From: Pyrinomonadaceae bacterium | Lineage (GTDB): Bacteria > Acidobacteriota > Blastocatellia > Pyrinomonadales > Pyrinomonadaceae | DNA: 64,000 nucleotides | Assembly (NCBI GenBank): GCA_036389235.1 | Contig: DASVQJ010000223.1 | Coordinates: forward strand, 8,333 to 72,332 | Direction of reading: 5' to 3' | Part shown: positions 38,772-47,883 of the stretch, in pieces | How the letters are laid out: each line of letters opens with the position of its first letter | Numbering within the stretch: the first letter of the stretch is position 1 | Made by a program: the position numbers and the translations under genes | The notes under the pieces: generated by a model | Seen by the model: the letters and a program-made list of their open reading frames with translations, nothing else | Told to the model about the DNA's origin: nothing | Database searches by the model: none

Positions 38772-39575
38772 TCACGCCCGCGGCAGGGCGCCGTTCCCAC
38801 TAATTTGCGGCAACTCGCACACGAACCGGAGGCCGTCGGCCAGCGTGCGGCGCACCTCGACGCCCGAGAGGTCTGCGCCCACGGCGACGAGCGTCCGCGC
38901 GACGCCCGCGCCGATGCCCGTCAGCACGCACCGGGCGCCCATCAGCCGGACGGCCGCCGCCACTTGCGTCAGGTGTTGGACTACGTCGGCGCCCATCGCG
39001 CGCGCGCCGGTCACGTCGAGGATGACGACGCGCGCGCGGCGCTCGACCACGGCGCGCAGGAGCGCGGCGGTCATCAGGTCGGCGCGCTCGCGGTCGAGGC
39101 TGCCGACGACGGGGCAGAGCAGCACGCCCCCGGCGACGTTGATGAAGGGGGTGGACAGCTCCTCGATCAACTCGTCCTTGAGGCGGTTCGCCTCCTCGGC
39201 CTCGCGCTTCGCGGCGAGCAGCTCGTCCTCGAAGCGCCGGCGCTGGCGCATGGGGACGAAGGCGCAGTCGTTGACGGGCACGTCGCCGCGTTCCCTGCGC
39301 GCCGCGTTGGCGAGCACGGGCACGTCGCCGCCGCCGCGGGCGCGCAGGGAGAGGTAGACCTCCTCGGCCCGGCCGTGCAGTTTGAGCAGGGGGAAGAAGT
39401 GTGTCTGGTAGAAGATGCGCCCGCCGGCCGGGAGCAGCGTCTCGAAGTGCCGCCCCTCCAGCTCGCCCTCCGCGTACCCGAGCCAGCCGAGCAGCGTCGC
39501 GTTGACGGCCAGCACGCGGCCGTCGTCCGCGAGCGAGAGGAAGCCGCACGGGGCTCTGTTCAGCAGCTCGTCCAT
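38772..39575 (-). CDS. PAS - coiled coil - STAS protein (RsbR-type STAS output)
   Basis: PAS: APCGFLSLADDGRVLAVNATLLGWLGY. STAS: LSTPFINVAGGVLLCPVVGSLDRERA...VVILDVTGARAMGADVVQHL. The start lies 1 nt after the upstream stop. Confidence 0.7.
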   Translation of the reverse strand: MDELLNRAPCGFLSLADDGRVLAVNATLLGWLGYAEGELEGRHFETLLPAGGRIFYQTHFFPLLKLHGRAEEVYLSLRARGGGDVPVLANAARRERGDVPVNDCAFVPMRQRRRFEDELLAAKREAEEANRLKDELIEELSTPFINVAGGVLLCPVVGSLDRERADLMTAALLRAVVERRARVVILDVTGARAMGADVVQHLTQVAAAVRLMGARCVLTGIGAGVARTLVAVGADLSGVEVRRTLADGLRFVCELPQISGNGALPRA

Positions 39576-39576
39576 G

Positions 39577-40413
39577 CTAGGCGGTTCCGTCCCGGGCTCG
39601 GTTCTCGTCGGCGGCGCCGAGGTACTCCTTGATGACGCGGATCGTCTCTTCCGGGTGGCTCATGTGCGGGCAGTGTCCCGTGGCCTCAAGCACGCGCAGC
39701 GTGCTGCGGGGCAGGCGGCGGCTCAGGTAGTCGCCCACCTCCGCGGGCGCGATGGCGTCCTCCGAGCACTGCATGATGAGCGAGGGCACGCGCACCAGCG
39801 GGAGGTCGGAGCGGTTGTCGGAGAGGAAGGTCGCCTCGGCGAAGCGGCGCGCGACGAGCGGGTCGGTCGAGCAGAAGCTCTCCTCCAGCTCGCGCGCCAG
39901 CTCGGGCCGCTCCGGGTTCTTCGCGACGACCGGCGCGAGGAAGTTGGCCCAGCCGATGTAGTTCCGCTCCATCAGTTCGAGCAGGCCCTCGATGTCGGCG
40001 CGCTCGAAGCCGCCGCGGTAGAAGGGCGGGTCGTCGATGTAGCAGGGCGAGGGGCCGACGAGCACGAGGCGCGAGAAGAGGAGCGGCTCCTCGATGGAGG
40101 CGAGCATCCCGACGACGCCGCTGACGGAGTGGCCGACGAAGATCACGTCGCTCAGCCGCAGCGCCGCGCACACGTCGAGCACGTCCCGCGCATAACCTTG
40201 CAGGGTCGAGTACCGCCCGGGGTCGTAGGCGCGCAGGTCGGACTTGCCCGAGCCGACGTAGTCGAAGAGGACGACGCGGTAGTCATCCTCGAAGGCGGGC
40301 GCGACGAAGCGCCACATGTTCTGGTCGCACCCGAACCCGTGCGCGAAGAGCACGGGGCGGTCGCCGCGCCCCGACACCTTCACGTTGTTCCGCTTCAGAA
40401 TGTCTACGGACAT
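39577..40413 (-). CDS. RsbQ / D14 / KAI2-type alpha/beta hydrolase
   Basis: [21 protein letters not shown], nucleophile elbow FVGHSVSG, acid [10 protein letters not shown], His [13 protein letters not shown]. The full Ser-Asp-His triad is present. Confidence 0.8.
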   Translation of the reverse strand: MSVDILKRNNVKVSGRGDRPVLFAHGFGCDQNMWRFVAPAFEDDYRVVLFDYVGSGKSDLRAYDPGRYSTLQGYARDVLDVCAALRLSDVIFVGHSVSGVVGMLASIEEPLLFSRLVLVGPSPCYIDDPPFYRGGFERADIEGLLELMERNYIGWANFLAPVVAKNPERPELARELEESFCSTDPLVARRFAEATFLSDNRSDLPLVRVPSLIMQCSEDAIAPAEVGDYLSRRLPRSTLRVLEATGHCPHMSHPEETIRVIKEYLGAADENRARDGTA

Positions 40414-40428
40414 TTAGGACTCCGCTCG

Positions 40429-43380
40429 TCAACCGCCGCGGCGGGCGAGGCTCGCGGCGACGGCCGCCAGCTCGGCCAGCTCGACGGGCTTCGGCACGTG
40501 CATCTGGTAGCCGGCCCTCAGCGCGTGCATGCGGTCTTCGACCCGCGCGTAGGCCGTCAGGGCGATGGCGGGCACGCGGCCGCCGGCCTCGGGCGGCAGG
40601 CGCCGCACGCGCCGCATCATCTCGTAGCCGTCCTCGTCGGGCATCCCGATGTCGCTGATGAGGAGGTCGGGCACGGACTTCTCAATCGCCTCAATCGCCT
40701 CGGAGGCCGAGGCCGCGGCCCACACCTCCGCGCCGCACTGCCCGAGCCCGGCCTTCAACATCTCGCGCGTGTCCGGCTCGTCGTCCACCACCAGAATCTT
40801 CAGGCCGTCGAGCCGGTCGAACAGCTCGAACCTGGGCAGCGTGTTCCGCGCCGCGGGGTGGACGCGCCCGGACTCGCCTTCCGCCTTGTAGACGGGCGCC
40901 ACCGGGAGCAGCACGGTGAAGGTCGCGCCCTTCCCCTCGCCCCCGCTCTCGGCGCGGACGGTGCCGCCGTGCAGCTCGACGAGGTGGCGCACGATGGCGA
41001 GCCCGAGCCCCATCCCGCCGTGCTGGCGGGTCGTCTTCTGGTCGGCCTGCCGGAAGCGGTCGAAGACGTGCGGCAGGAAGTCGGCGGGGATGCCGGCGCC
41101 GGTGTCGCTGATGGCGACCTCGACGTGCGAGTTGACGCGCTCAAGTCTCACCTGCACGCGCCCGCCGCGCGGGGTGAACTTGATGGCGTTCGACAGGAGG
41201 TTCCAGACGATCTGCTGGAGCCGGACGGGGTCGCCCGAGACGGAGACCGAGCCCGTGTCCAGAACCTTCTGCAAGCGCACGCCCTTCGCCTCGGCCGCGG
41301 GGCGGACGGCCTCGACCGCGGCCTCGATGAAGGAGTTCGGGTCGACGGGCCGCACGTCGATGCGGAGCTTGCCCGTGACGATGCGCGACACGTCGAGGAG
41401 GTCGTCGATGAGCTGCGCCTGCGCGCGGGCGTTCCGCTCGACCGTCTCGAACGCGCGGCGGGCCGAGTCGTCGCTGAACTGACCCGTCCGGAGCATGTGC
41501 GCCCAGCCGAGGATGGCCGTCAGGGGCGTGCGCAGCTCGTGCGAGACGGTGGCGAGGAACTCGTCCTTGAGGCGGCTCGACTCCTGCGCCTCGCGGTAGA
41601 GGCGCTCGGCCTCCGCGCGCGCACGCTGGGCGGACTCGAAGAGCCGCGCGTTGTCCATCGCGACCGCGGCCTGCGCGGCCAGCCCCTCGACGAGGCGCGC
41701 GTGACGCTCGTTGAAGACGCCGACCTCCGGCGCGCCGAAGAAGAGGCCGCCCAGAACCTCGCCCGAGCGCGAGACGACGGGCACGGCCAGGTAGCTGACG
41801 ACGGGCAGGTGGCCGTCGGGCATGCCGTAGTAGGGCGAGTTCTTACCGAAGCGCGGGTCCCGCTTCACGTCGTCGATGAGCACGGTGCCCTCGCCGCGGA
41901 AGGTCGGGCCGAAGAGGTCTGTGGCGCGCGGCATCGGGAAGTGCGCGAACGCCTCGCGCGGCACGCCCGACAGCGTGTAGAGCGTGTAGGAGGCGCCCTC
42001 CTCGTTCAGCACGTTGTAGAAGAAGGAGCCGAAGCGCGCGCCCGTCAGCTCGGTCGCCGCGTCGGTGACCGCCTGCACCAGCTTGTGCAGGTCGAGCTCG
42101 CCCGAGAGCGTCCGCCCGAGGCGGTTGACCGTCTCGATGACCTCCGCCTGCTCGCGCGCCTCGGCCTCGGCGCGCTTGCGGGCGGTGATGTCGCGGGCGA
42201 TCTTCGACGCGCCGACGACACGCCCCTCCCCGTCCCTCAGGGGCGAGACGGTGAGCGACACGTCGACGAGCGCGCCGTCCTTCCGGCGCCGCACGGTCTC
42301 GTAGTGGTGCACGCGCTCGCCGCGCCTGATCTGCGCGAGGATGTTCGGCTCCTCGTCGGGCCGGTCATCGGGGATGAGCATCGTGACGGGCTGCCCTATG
42401 GCCTCCTCGGCCGTGTAGCCGTAGAGCCGCTCGGCCCCGGGGTTCCAACTGAGGATGACTCCGTCGAGGTCTTTGCTGATGATGGCGTCGTCCGAGTTCT
42501 CGATGATGGCCGCCGCTTGGCGCAACCTCACCTCGGAGCGCGTGCGGTCGGTCACGTCGCGCGTAATCTCCAGCACCGAAGTGGTCTCGCCCCGCGTGTT
42601 CCGTACGGTCGCCCAGCGCGTGTCGACGATTATCTGCTCGCCGTCCTTGCGCGTGTGCAGCAGCTCGCCTTCCCAGAAGCCCTCGCGCCGCAGGCTGTCG
42701 TAAATCTCTTCGAGCGGGACGGGCGGCACGGTCTTCAAGAGCTCGTGCGGCGAGCGCCCGAGCGCCTCCTCCTGCGTGTAGCCGTAGGTGCGCTCGGCCC
42801 CGCGGTTCCAGAGCGTGATCCGGTTCGAGGAGTCGCGCAGGAAGATGGCGTCGTACGCCTGCTCGATGACCTCGGCCTGCGCGAGCATCGTCTCCTGCGC
42901 CTTCCTGTGCTCGCTGATGTCGCGCGCGATCTTCGAGGCGCCGACGATGCGCCCGCCAGCGTCCGTGATGGGCGAGATCGTGAGCGAGATGTCCACGAGC
43001 GAGCCGTCCTTGCGGCGGCGCACAGTCTCGTAGTGCTCGACGCGCTCGCCCGCGCGGATGCGCGCGAGGATGGCCGGCTCCTCGTCGATGTGGTCTTCGG
43101 GGAAGAGGACGGTGATGGGCCGGCCGATGACCTCGTCGGCCGTGTAGCCGAAGATGCGCTCGGCGCCGCGGTTCCAGCTCGTGATGACGCCTTCGAGCGT
43201 CTTGCTGATGATGGCGTCGTCGGCCGACTCGATGATGGCGGCGAGCCGCGCCTGCGCCATCCCGGCGCCGCCGATGTCCGCGGGCCGTTCTCTCTCCGCG
43301 TCGGCCTGAGGCTGTTCCTCCAACGGGCTCTCAATGGGCATAGGCACACTTATCCGGTCGGAGCGAGTGAATGGGGCCAA
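40429..43380 (-). CDS. Hybrid sensor histidine kinase (about 4 PAS, GAF, HisKA, HATPase, receiver)
   Basis: Repeated PAS modules (DAIISK.L.GVI.SWN.GAERI/LYGYTA.E.IG), H-box TVSHELRTPL, G-boxes DTGAGI and GGMGLGLAIV, and receiver ILVVDDEPD...SDIGMPDEDG. Confidence 0.85.
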   Translation of the reverse strand: MAPFTRSDRISVPMPIESPLEEQPQADAERERPADIGGAGMAQARLAAIIESADDAIISKTLEGVITSWNRGAERIFGYTADEVIGRPITVLFPEDHIDEEPAILARIRAGERVEHYETVRRRKDGSLVDISLTISPITDAGGRIVGASKIARDISEHRKAQETMLAQAEVIEQAYDAIFLRDSSNRITLWNRGAERTYGYTQEEALGRSPHELLKTVPPVPLEEIYDSLRREGFWEGELLHTRKDGEQIIVDTRWATVRNTRGETTSVLEITRDVTDRTRSEVRLRQAAAIIENSDDAIISKDLDGVILSWNPGAERLYGYTAEEAIGQPVTMLIPDDRPDEEPNILAQIRRGERVHHYETVRRRKDGALVDVSLTVSPLRDGEGRVVGASKIARDITARKRAEAEAREQAEVIETVNRLGRTLSGELDLHKLVQAVTDAATELTGARFGSFFYNVLNEEGASYTLYTLSGVPREAFAHFPMPRATDLFGPTFRGEGTVLIDDVKRDPRFGKNSPYYGMPDGHLPVVSYLAVPVVSRSGEVLGGLFFGAPEVGVFNERHARLVEGLAAQAAVAMDNARLFESAQRARAEAERLYREAQESSRLKDEFLATVSHELRTPLTAILGWAHMLRTGQFSDDSARRAFETVERNARAQAQLIDDLLDVSRIVTGKLRIDVRPVDPNSFIEAAVEAVRPAAEAKGVRLQKVLDTGSVSVSGDPVRLQQIVWNLLSNAIKFTPRGGRVQVRLERVNSHVEVAISDTGAGIPADFLPHVFDRFRQADQKTTRQHGGMGLGLAIVRHLVELHGGTVRAESGGEGKGATFTVLLPVAPVYKAEGESGRVHPAARNTLPRFELFDRLDGLKILVVDDEPDTREMLKAGLGQCGAEVWAAASASEAIEAIEKSVPDLLISDIGMPDEDGYEMMRRVRRLPPEAGGRVPAIALTAYARVEDRMHALRAGYQMHVPKPVELAELAAVAASLARRGG

Positions 43381-43459
43381 AGGGGACGACTCGGGGGTGA
43401 GCCGATTATACAGAAAATGTGAACGGCCGCCATCGCGGCGGCCGAAACTTACGCCTCAC

Positions 43460-44140
43460 TCAATCCGGCACGCGCCGCTTCCGGCGGAAGAGCCCGCACC
43501 AGAGCGCGACGAGAAAGCTCAGCAGACAGCCGAGCGCGAACCAGAAGCCCCACCGCGGCGGGACGAGGAGGCCGCGCATCGCGCTGAAGAACGCGAGCCC
43601 GCAGGCGAGCCCCGCGACGTACGCGCCGCGCTCCGGCCTGCCGCCCAGCCTCGGCTCGGGCGGCAGCTCAAGCGCCCCCTCCGCGCCGAGTCCGAAGAGG
43701 CCGCGCAGGCGGTCGTAATCCCATAAGAGCAGGTAGACGGTCGCGAGCAGCATGAGGCCGGTGACGACGGGCGTGCCGCGGAAGTCGTAGGAGATGGTGA
43801 TGAAGAAGACGTTGAGCATGATCGCGAAGAAGGCGAGCGCGCCCAACGTCGCCGCGCGGCGGGAGAGCACGAGCAGCCCGGCCAACACCTGCGCCAGCCC
43901 GAGGAAGCGCCAGTAAGGCCCCGAACGGTACAGCGTCTCGAAGAAGCCGCCGATGTCCGACTCGGGGCTCATGCTCGTGAAGCGCCGCCCGAGCAGCTTC
44001 ACCATCCCCGTCGGGATGAAGCCCACGGCCAGCAGCACGCGCGTCCCCAGCGTCAGGCGGTAGAGTATCGGCCGCGACCGCGCCCGACGCTGCAAAGCGC
44101 CCGCGAGCCGGTCGAGGCGGTGCACGGAGTCTTCCATCAT
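43460..44140 (-). CDS. Integral membrane protein (weakly DoxX-like)
   Basis: Four or more hydrophobic helices. The family assignment is tentative. Confidence 0.35.
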   Translation of the reverse strand: MMEDSVHRLDRLAGALQRRARSRPILYRLTLGTRVLLAVGFIPTGMVKLLGRRFTSMSPESDIGGFFETLYRSGPYWRFLGLAQVLAGLLVLSRRAATLGALAFFAIMLNVFFITISYDFRGTPVVTGLMLLATVYLLLWDYDRLRGLFGLGAEGALELPPEPRLGGRPERGAYVAGLACGLAFFSAMRGLLVPPRWGFWFALGCLLSFLVALWCGLFRRKRRVPD

Positions 44141-44850
44141 GTGACGTGAAAGTCCGCGGCGTACTGCACGAGGCCCAGCTTCCTCGCGACCGACCGCGAG
44201 GCGGCGTTATCCCAGGAGGTGCTGTAGAGCGGCGCGGCGCCCGCCGAACGAACCAGGAGCGCCCAGCCGGCGGTCACGTCCGGCGCGTGACCCCTCCCGC
44301 GGAAGCCGTGCAGAGTCTCAACGCCGGCCTCGTGTGCGGCCGCCGTGACGCGCACGCTGCGGCAGACCGAGACCGCGCGCCCCTCTTCCAATAAGGCGAC
44401 GAACGGCTGCGCGAAGGGAAGCTCCTCGACCATCCCCTCGAAGCCGCCCCGCAACACCTCCGCGTTCGCCTCCGTGACGGGGAGCAGGGCTCTCGAAGGC
44501 TCCGCGTATTCTTCGAAGCGGTAGGCCGGGCCTGCCTCGACCCCGCCCGCCTGCGCACCGAGCAGCCGCACGTAGGCGTCGGCGTGGCGTGGCACGCCGG
44601 ACAACTCCCCGCCCGCCGGCTCGTCCGCGCAGAGCGCCCCCAACTCTTCGGCGAGCCCTGCGGGCAGGTCGGCGCGCAGCCGCCAGAGGTTCCCCGCGCG
44701 CGTCCGGCCGAAGAAGAGGCGCGGCGCGGGGGCCTCGCCGCCCCAGGGCTCGTTGACGGACAGGAGCCGCCCGCGCGCGTCGTGTGTGAACAGCGCGCGG
44801 ACGTGCATGTCTAACAACTCTCGTTCGTCGGGCACGTGTCCTCTACTCAT
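44137..44850 (-). CDS. GNAT-family N-acetyltransferase-like protein
   Basis: The C-terminal region (V.TL..FRGRGHA...W.....G..PLYSTSWDNAASRSVARKLGL) resembles a GNAT core. A 4-nt overlap (ATGA) links it to the downstream gene. Confidence 0.5.
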   Translation of the reverse strand: MSRGHVPDERELLDMHVRALFTHDARGRLLSVNEPWGGEAPAPRLFFGRTRAGNLWRLRADLPAGLAEELGALCADEPAGGELSGVPRHADAYVRLLGAQAGGVEAGPAYRFEEYAEPSRALLPVTEANAEVLRGGFEGMVEELPFAQPFVALLEEGRAVSVCRSVRVTAAAHEAGVETLHGFRGRGHAPDVTAGWALLVRSAGAAPLYSTSWDNAASRSVARKLGLVQYAADFHVT

Positions 44851-44900
44851 AACCCTTCGGCGCCGTCCGCCCCCGGAAGGTTGAAGCGCGTAAGTGGGAC

Positions 44901-45099
44901 GCCGCGTCAGCCGCGTCTGAGTTCAGCCCGGCCTTTCAAGGCCGGGACAGCCGACGATAACAATATCGCCGCGTCGCGCCGGCGGCGCCTGAGCCGACGC
45001 GGCCCGCTCAGGCGCCGCCGACGCGACGCGGCGACGTTCGTTTCAACTACAACCCGGCCGTTCAAGGCCGGGCGAAACTCAAGCGCCGCCCCGCGGCGG
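44901..45099. repeat. REP/MITE-like palindromic element, copy 2
   Basis: Shares cccggcc(t/g)ttcaaggccggg hairpins, caggcgccgccgacgcg and cgttcgtttc blocks with 16671-16867. Confidence 0.7.
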
Positions 45100-45120
45100 A
45101 GTGGTTCACCCTTCAAACAA

Positions 45121-45600
45121 CTACTTGAACCAGATGGTGTCGGCCAGCCATTGGCCGTCGGTCTCGATGAGGGTGGTGAGCGTGCGGCCGTTCTTCATCT
45201 TGACCTTGGCGGTCTTCTTGCCGTCGGCCTCGCCCATCTCGGCGGAGGCGTAGAGGTCTTCGAGGGTGTACTGCCCGGCCTGGCCCTTGGCCTTGTCCAC
45301 GGCCTCTTCGGTCACGCTGTCGCGCACGCGCGCCGTGAAGCAGTTCTTGAGCTTGTCGGCGTCGCCGGCCTTGACCAGCTCGAACTGGTAGGCGATGGAG
45401 CTCTTCGGGTCGGCGAGCGAGCCCGCCCTGGCGGCCGGCGTCGCGGCCGGCGCGGTGTTCGAGACGGTCGTGCTCGCGGTGTTGGCGGAAGTGTTGGCGG
45501 CCGTGTTGGTGTTGGTGGTGTTGTTAGCGGTCGGGGCGGAGCAGGCGGCTGACAAAATTCCCAGCGCGAGTAGGGCGGCGGACAGAGCTGTGTTTCTCAT
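45121..45600 (-). CDS. Lipoprotein, unknown function
   Basis: Start MRNTALSAALLALGILSAAC (lipobox LSAAC) at 45600, followed by an Asn/Thr/Ala-rich linker and a small globular domain. Confidence 0.55.
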   Translation of the reverse strand: MRNTALSAALLALGILSAACSAPTANNTTNTNTAANTSANTASTTVSNTAPAATPAARAGSLADPKSSIAYQFELVKAGDADKLKNCFTARVRDSVTEEAVDKAKGQAGQYTLEDLYASAEMGEADGKKTAKVKMKNGRTLTTLIETDGQWLADTIWFK

Positions 45601-45903
45601 CGTTCTCTTCTCCTGAAAGGAAGGTGGAAACCCCTGGAGTGACCCGGCCGGGAGCGGCGCCCGCCGCGAGCCGGGTGGGAAAAACCGGCCCCCTTGGTTT
45701 AAAGCGCAGGGAGTATATGTGCGTACAAGCACTTAATCAATCGGCAGCAACCCGCCGCCCCGAAGGCGGAGTCCGCGTCGGGGCATCCATACGAGGCGCG
45801 GAGTTTACCGCACTCCGGCGGCCTGTCGAGAAGGAATCGACCGCCGTCAAGCGTCTCGCGGGGAACGGCGACCACACCGGCCCCGCGGGCGCGCAGGATT
45901 CTC

Positions 45904-45932
45904 TTGACAGCCGCCCTCGCCGGCAATAAATA
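45904..45932 (+). promoter_or_regulatory. Candidate sigma70-like promoter about 215 nt upstream of the esterase gene
   Basis: TTGACA, 17-nt spacer, TAAATA. Confidence 0.3.
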
Positions 45933-46147
45933 TGTTACCCGCCCCGGCAAATTCTCTACTTCGGCGTTCCGGCTTTAACGTGAAAGACTTTCCTTCACAA
46001 CGCCATAGTTAAGCCGCCCTCCCCCTTCTGCCCCCCTCCTGTCGAGAGTCGTCGCCGGAACGGCGGCGGCAGATTCATCCGCGCCGCGAAGGCGGAAGGC
46101 TTTCTCTGTCAAATCAAACCCGGTGACATTTCAGAAGGGAGAAGCAC

Positions 46148-47497
46148 ATGAGAGTGTCTGCATCCTGGCTCAAGGCCCTGGCCGCGCTGGCGGCGCTGCT
46201 GGCCGGCGGGCTCGCGGGCGCGCGCGCGTCCGCGGCCGTGTCCGTCAACCCCATCTTCAGGTCGAACATGGTTCTTCAGAGGGGCATGACGTGCCCCGTG
46301 TTCGGAGACGGCGACGTCGGCTCGACCGTGACCGTCCAGTTCCAGAACCAGACCGTCTCGACCGTCGTCGGCTCGGGCGGCAAGTGGCAGGTGAACCTCG
46401 GCGGCATGGCCGCCAGCACCTCGCCGGGCACGTTGACCGTGTCGGCGACGGGGTCGCCGTCGGTCACGTTCGACGGCGTGCAGGTCGGCGAGGTCTGGCT
46501 CATGTCCGGCCAGTCCAACATGGGGTTGCCTCTGAGCAACGCCAACGACAGCGCGCCCTACATCGCCGACGCCGCCAACCACAACATACGTCTGTTCCGC
46601 ATGACCGCCGGCAACGGGCCTTCGACCGGCAGTTGGCAGATTTCCGCCCCGACCACCGCCGACGATTTCTCCGCCGTCGGGTACTGGGCGGGCCTTGAGC
46701 TGTCGTTGAAGCTGGGCGTCCCCGTGGGCCTCATCCAGGCGACGCACGACGGCACGAACATCTCCGAGTGGCAGACCACCAACGGCGGCACCGGCGCCGA
46801 CTACCTCGCCATGGTGAAGGCCATCCAGCCGTTCGCCGTCCGCGGCATCGGCTGGTATCAGGGCGAGAGCAACGGCGGCGACGCCGCCTACGAGACGAAG
46901 CTCCGCGACATGATCACACAATGGCGAACCGACTGGGGCCGCCCCGACGTGCCGTTCGGAATCGTCCAACTGCCCTCCACGAAGTGGACGACCGCCCGGG
47001 TCGCCCAATTCAACGTCACGCAGACCGTGGCGAACACCTTCCTGGTCGTGACCCACGACCTGCCCGACCAGAGTCAGCTTCACCCGCCGACGAAGAGGCC
47101 GGTCGGGATACGCCTGGGGCTGGGCGCGCGTGCGACCGTCTACGGCGAGGCCGTCGAGTACTCCGGCCCGGTGCGCGCCTTGCCGCCGACCTCGTACGTC
47201 GTCGGCAACAAGGTCGTGCTGAAATGGACTCACACGGGCAACGGCTTGTCCACGCTCGACGGGGGCGCCCTCCAGACCTTCCAGGTCGCCGGGTCGAACG
47301 GCCGCTACACCTCCGCGACCGCGGCGATTGTGGGCGACACGGTCGAAGTCACCAGCGGCGTCTCGGCGCCCAAGTCGGTGCGCTACGGCTACAGCGCCGG
47401 CGCCAACCTCGGCAACAGCGTCAACATCCCGGTCGAAGGCGGGGCGGCGACGGTCACCCAACTGCCCGCCTCCCTGTTCGAGCTGAAGTTCCCCTGA
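46148..47497 (+). CDS. Secreted sialate O-acetylesterase-like (SGNH/SASA family) carbohydrate esterase
   Basis: Signal peptide, GEVWLMSGQSNM, WYQGESN, and a C-terminal beta-sandwich. Confidence 0.75.
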   Translation: MRVSASWLKALAALAALLAGGLAGARASAAVSVNPIFRSNMVLQRGMTCPVFGDGDVGSTVTVQFQNQTVSTVVGSGGKWQVNLGGMAASTSPGTLTVSATGSPSVTFDGVQVGEVWLMSGQSNMGLPLSNANDSAPYIADAANHNIRLFRMTAGNGPSTGSWQISAPTTADDFSAVGYWAGLELSLKLGVPVGLIQATHDGTNISEWQTTNGGTGADYLAMVKAIQPFAVRGIGWYQGESNGGDAAYETKLRDMITQWRTDWGRPDVPFGIVQLPSTKWTTARVAQFNVTQTVANTFLVVTHDLPDQSQLHPPTKRPVGIRLGLGARATVYGEAVEYSGPVRALPPTSYVVGNKVVLKWTHTGNGLSTLDGGALQTFQVAGSNGRYTSATAAIVGDTVEVTSGVSAPKSVRYGYSAGANLGNSVNIPVEGGAATVTQLPASLFELKFP

Positions 47498-47647
47498 ACG
47501 AACGGCATGACGTATTTCCCCGCAAGGCGGACACGAGGCCGGCCGCGTCCTACCCCGCGGCCGACCCCGTCTTGCCATGTCGAGACCCGACACGACGAAC
47601 GATACACGGCGACATGAACGTGCCCTCGAAAGCGTCCGCCAATAACA

Positions 47648-47669
47648 ACAGCCGCCCGAAGGCGGCTGT
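47648..47669 (-). terminator. Hairpin plus T-run downstream of tRNA-Glu
   Basis: The minus strand reads acagccgcc-ttcg-ggcggctgt followed by tgttatt. Confidence 0.6.
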
Positions 47670-47687
47670 CAGTTATCGCTAAAAGTT

Positions 47688-47763
47688 TGGCGTCCCGTAC
47701 GGGACTCGAACCCGTGTTACCGCCGTGAAAGGGCGGTGTCCTAGGCCACTAGACGAACGGGAC
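47688..47763 (-). tRNA. tRNA-Glu (anticodon UUC), CCA encoded
   Basis: 76-nt cloverleaf folded by hand. Acceptor GTCCCGT/ACGGGAC, anticodon stem CCGCC/GGCGG with loop CTTTCAC, T-arm ACGGG-TTCGAGT-CCCGT. Confidence 0.9.
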
Positions 47764-47883
47764 TTGCAGGTTTTCACCAGTGGTTAAAGGCGACGCTTAA
47801 GTTACCGTAGAGGCTTGGGAGTGTCAAACGAGGCGGGCTGTGCGTCTGCGTGGAATACTTTCTGAAGGATGAACGGTTGGCCT

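Noticed and set aside
36762-39632. 956-aa plus-strand ORF spanning the TPR, intergenic and PAS-STAS regions
   Set aside because: It crosses a real intergenic region and two minus-strand genes, and it has shadow-ORF composition.
39415-43422. 1335-aa plus-strand ORF across the histidine kinase and hydrolase genes
   Set aside because: Composition is dominated by Arg/Ala/Gly/Val/Asp/Leu with no recognisable motifs. The opposite strand encodes clean PAS/GAF/HisKA/HATPase/REC and alpha/beta-hydrolase motifs. This is a typical high-GC antisense shadow ORF.
45733-46147. The 415-bp spacer upstream of the esterase gene as a riboswitch
   Set aside because: A plausible promoter exists, but I could not match the leader of about 215 nt to any riboswitch consensus I know. 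I list only the promoter, at low confidence.
47688-47763. The tRNA next to selD as tRNA-Sec, or as an integration hotspot
   Set aside because: The anticodon loop CTTTCAC gives UUC (Glu). The cloverleaf has a normal 7-bp acceptor stem and a short variable arm. No repeat of its 3' end and no foreign DNA are nearby.
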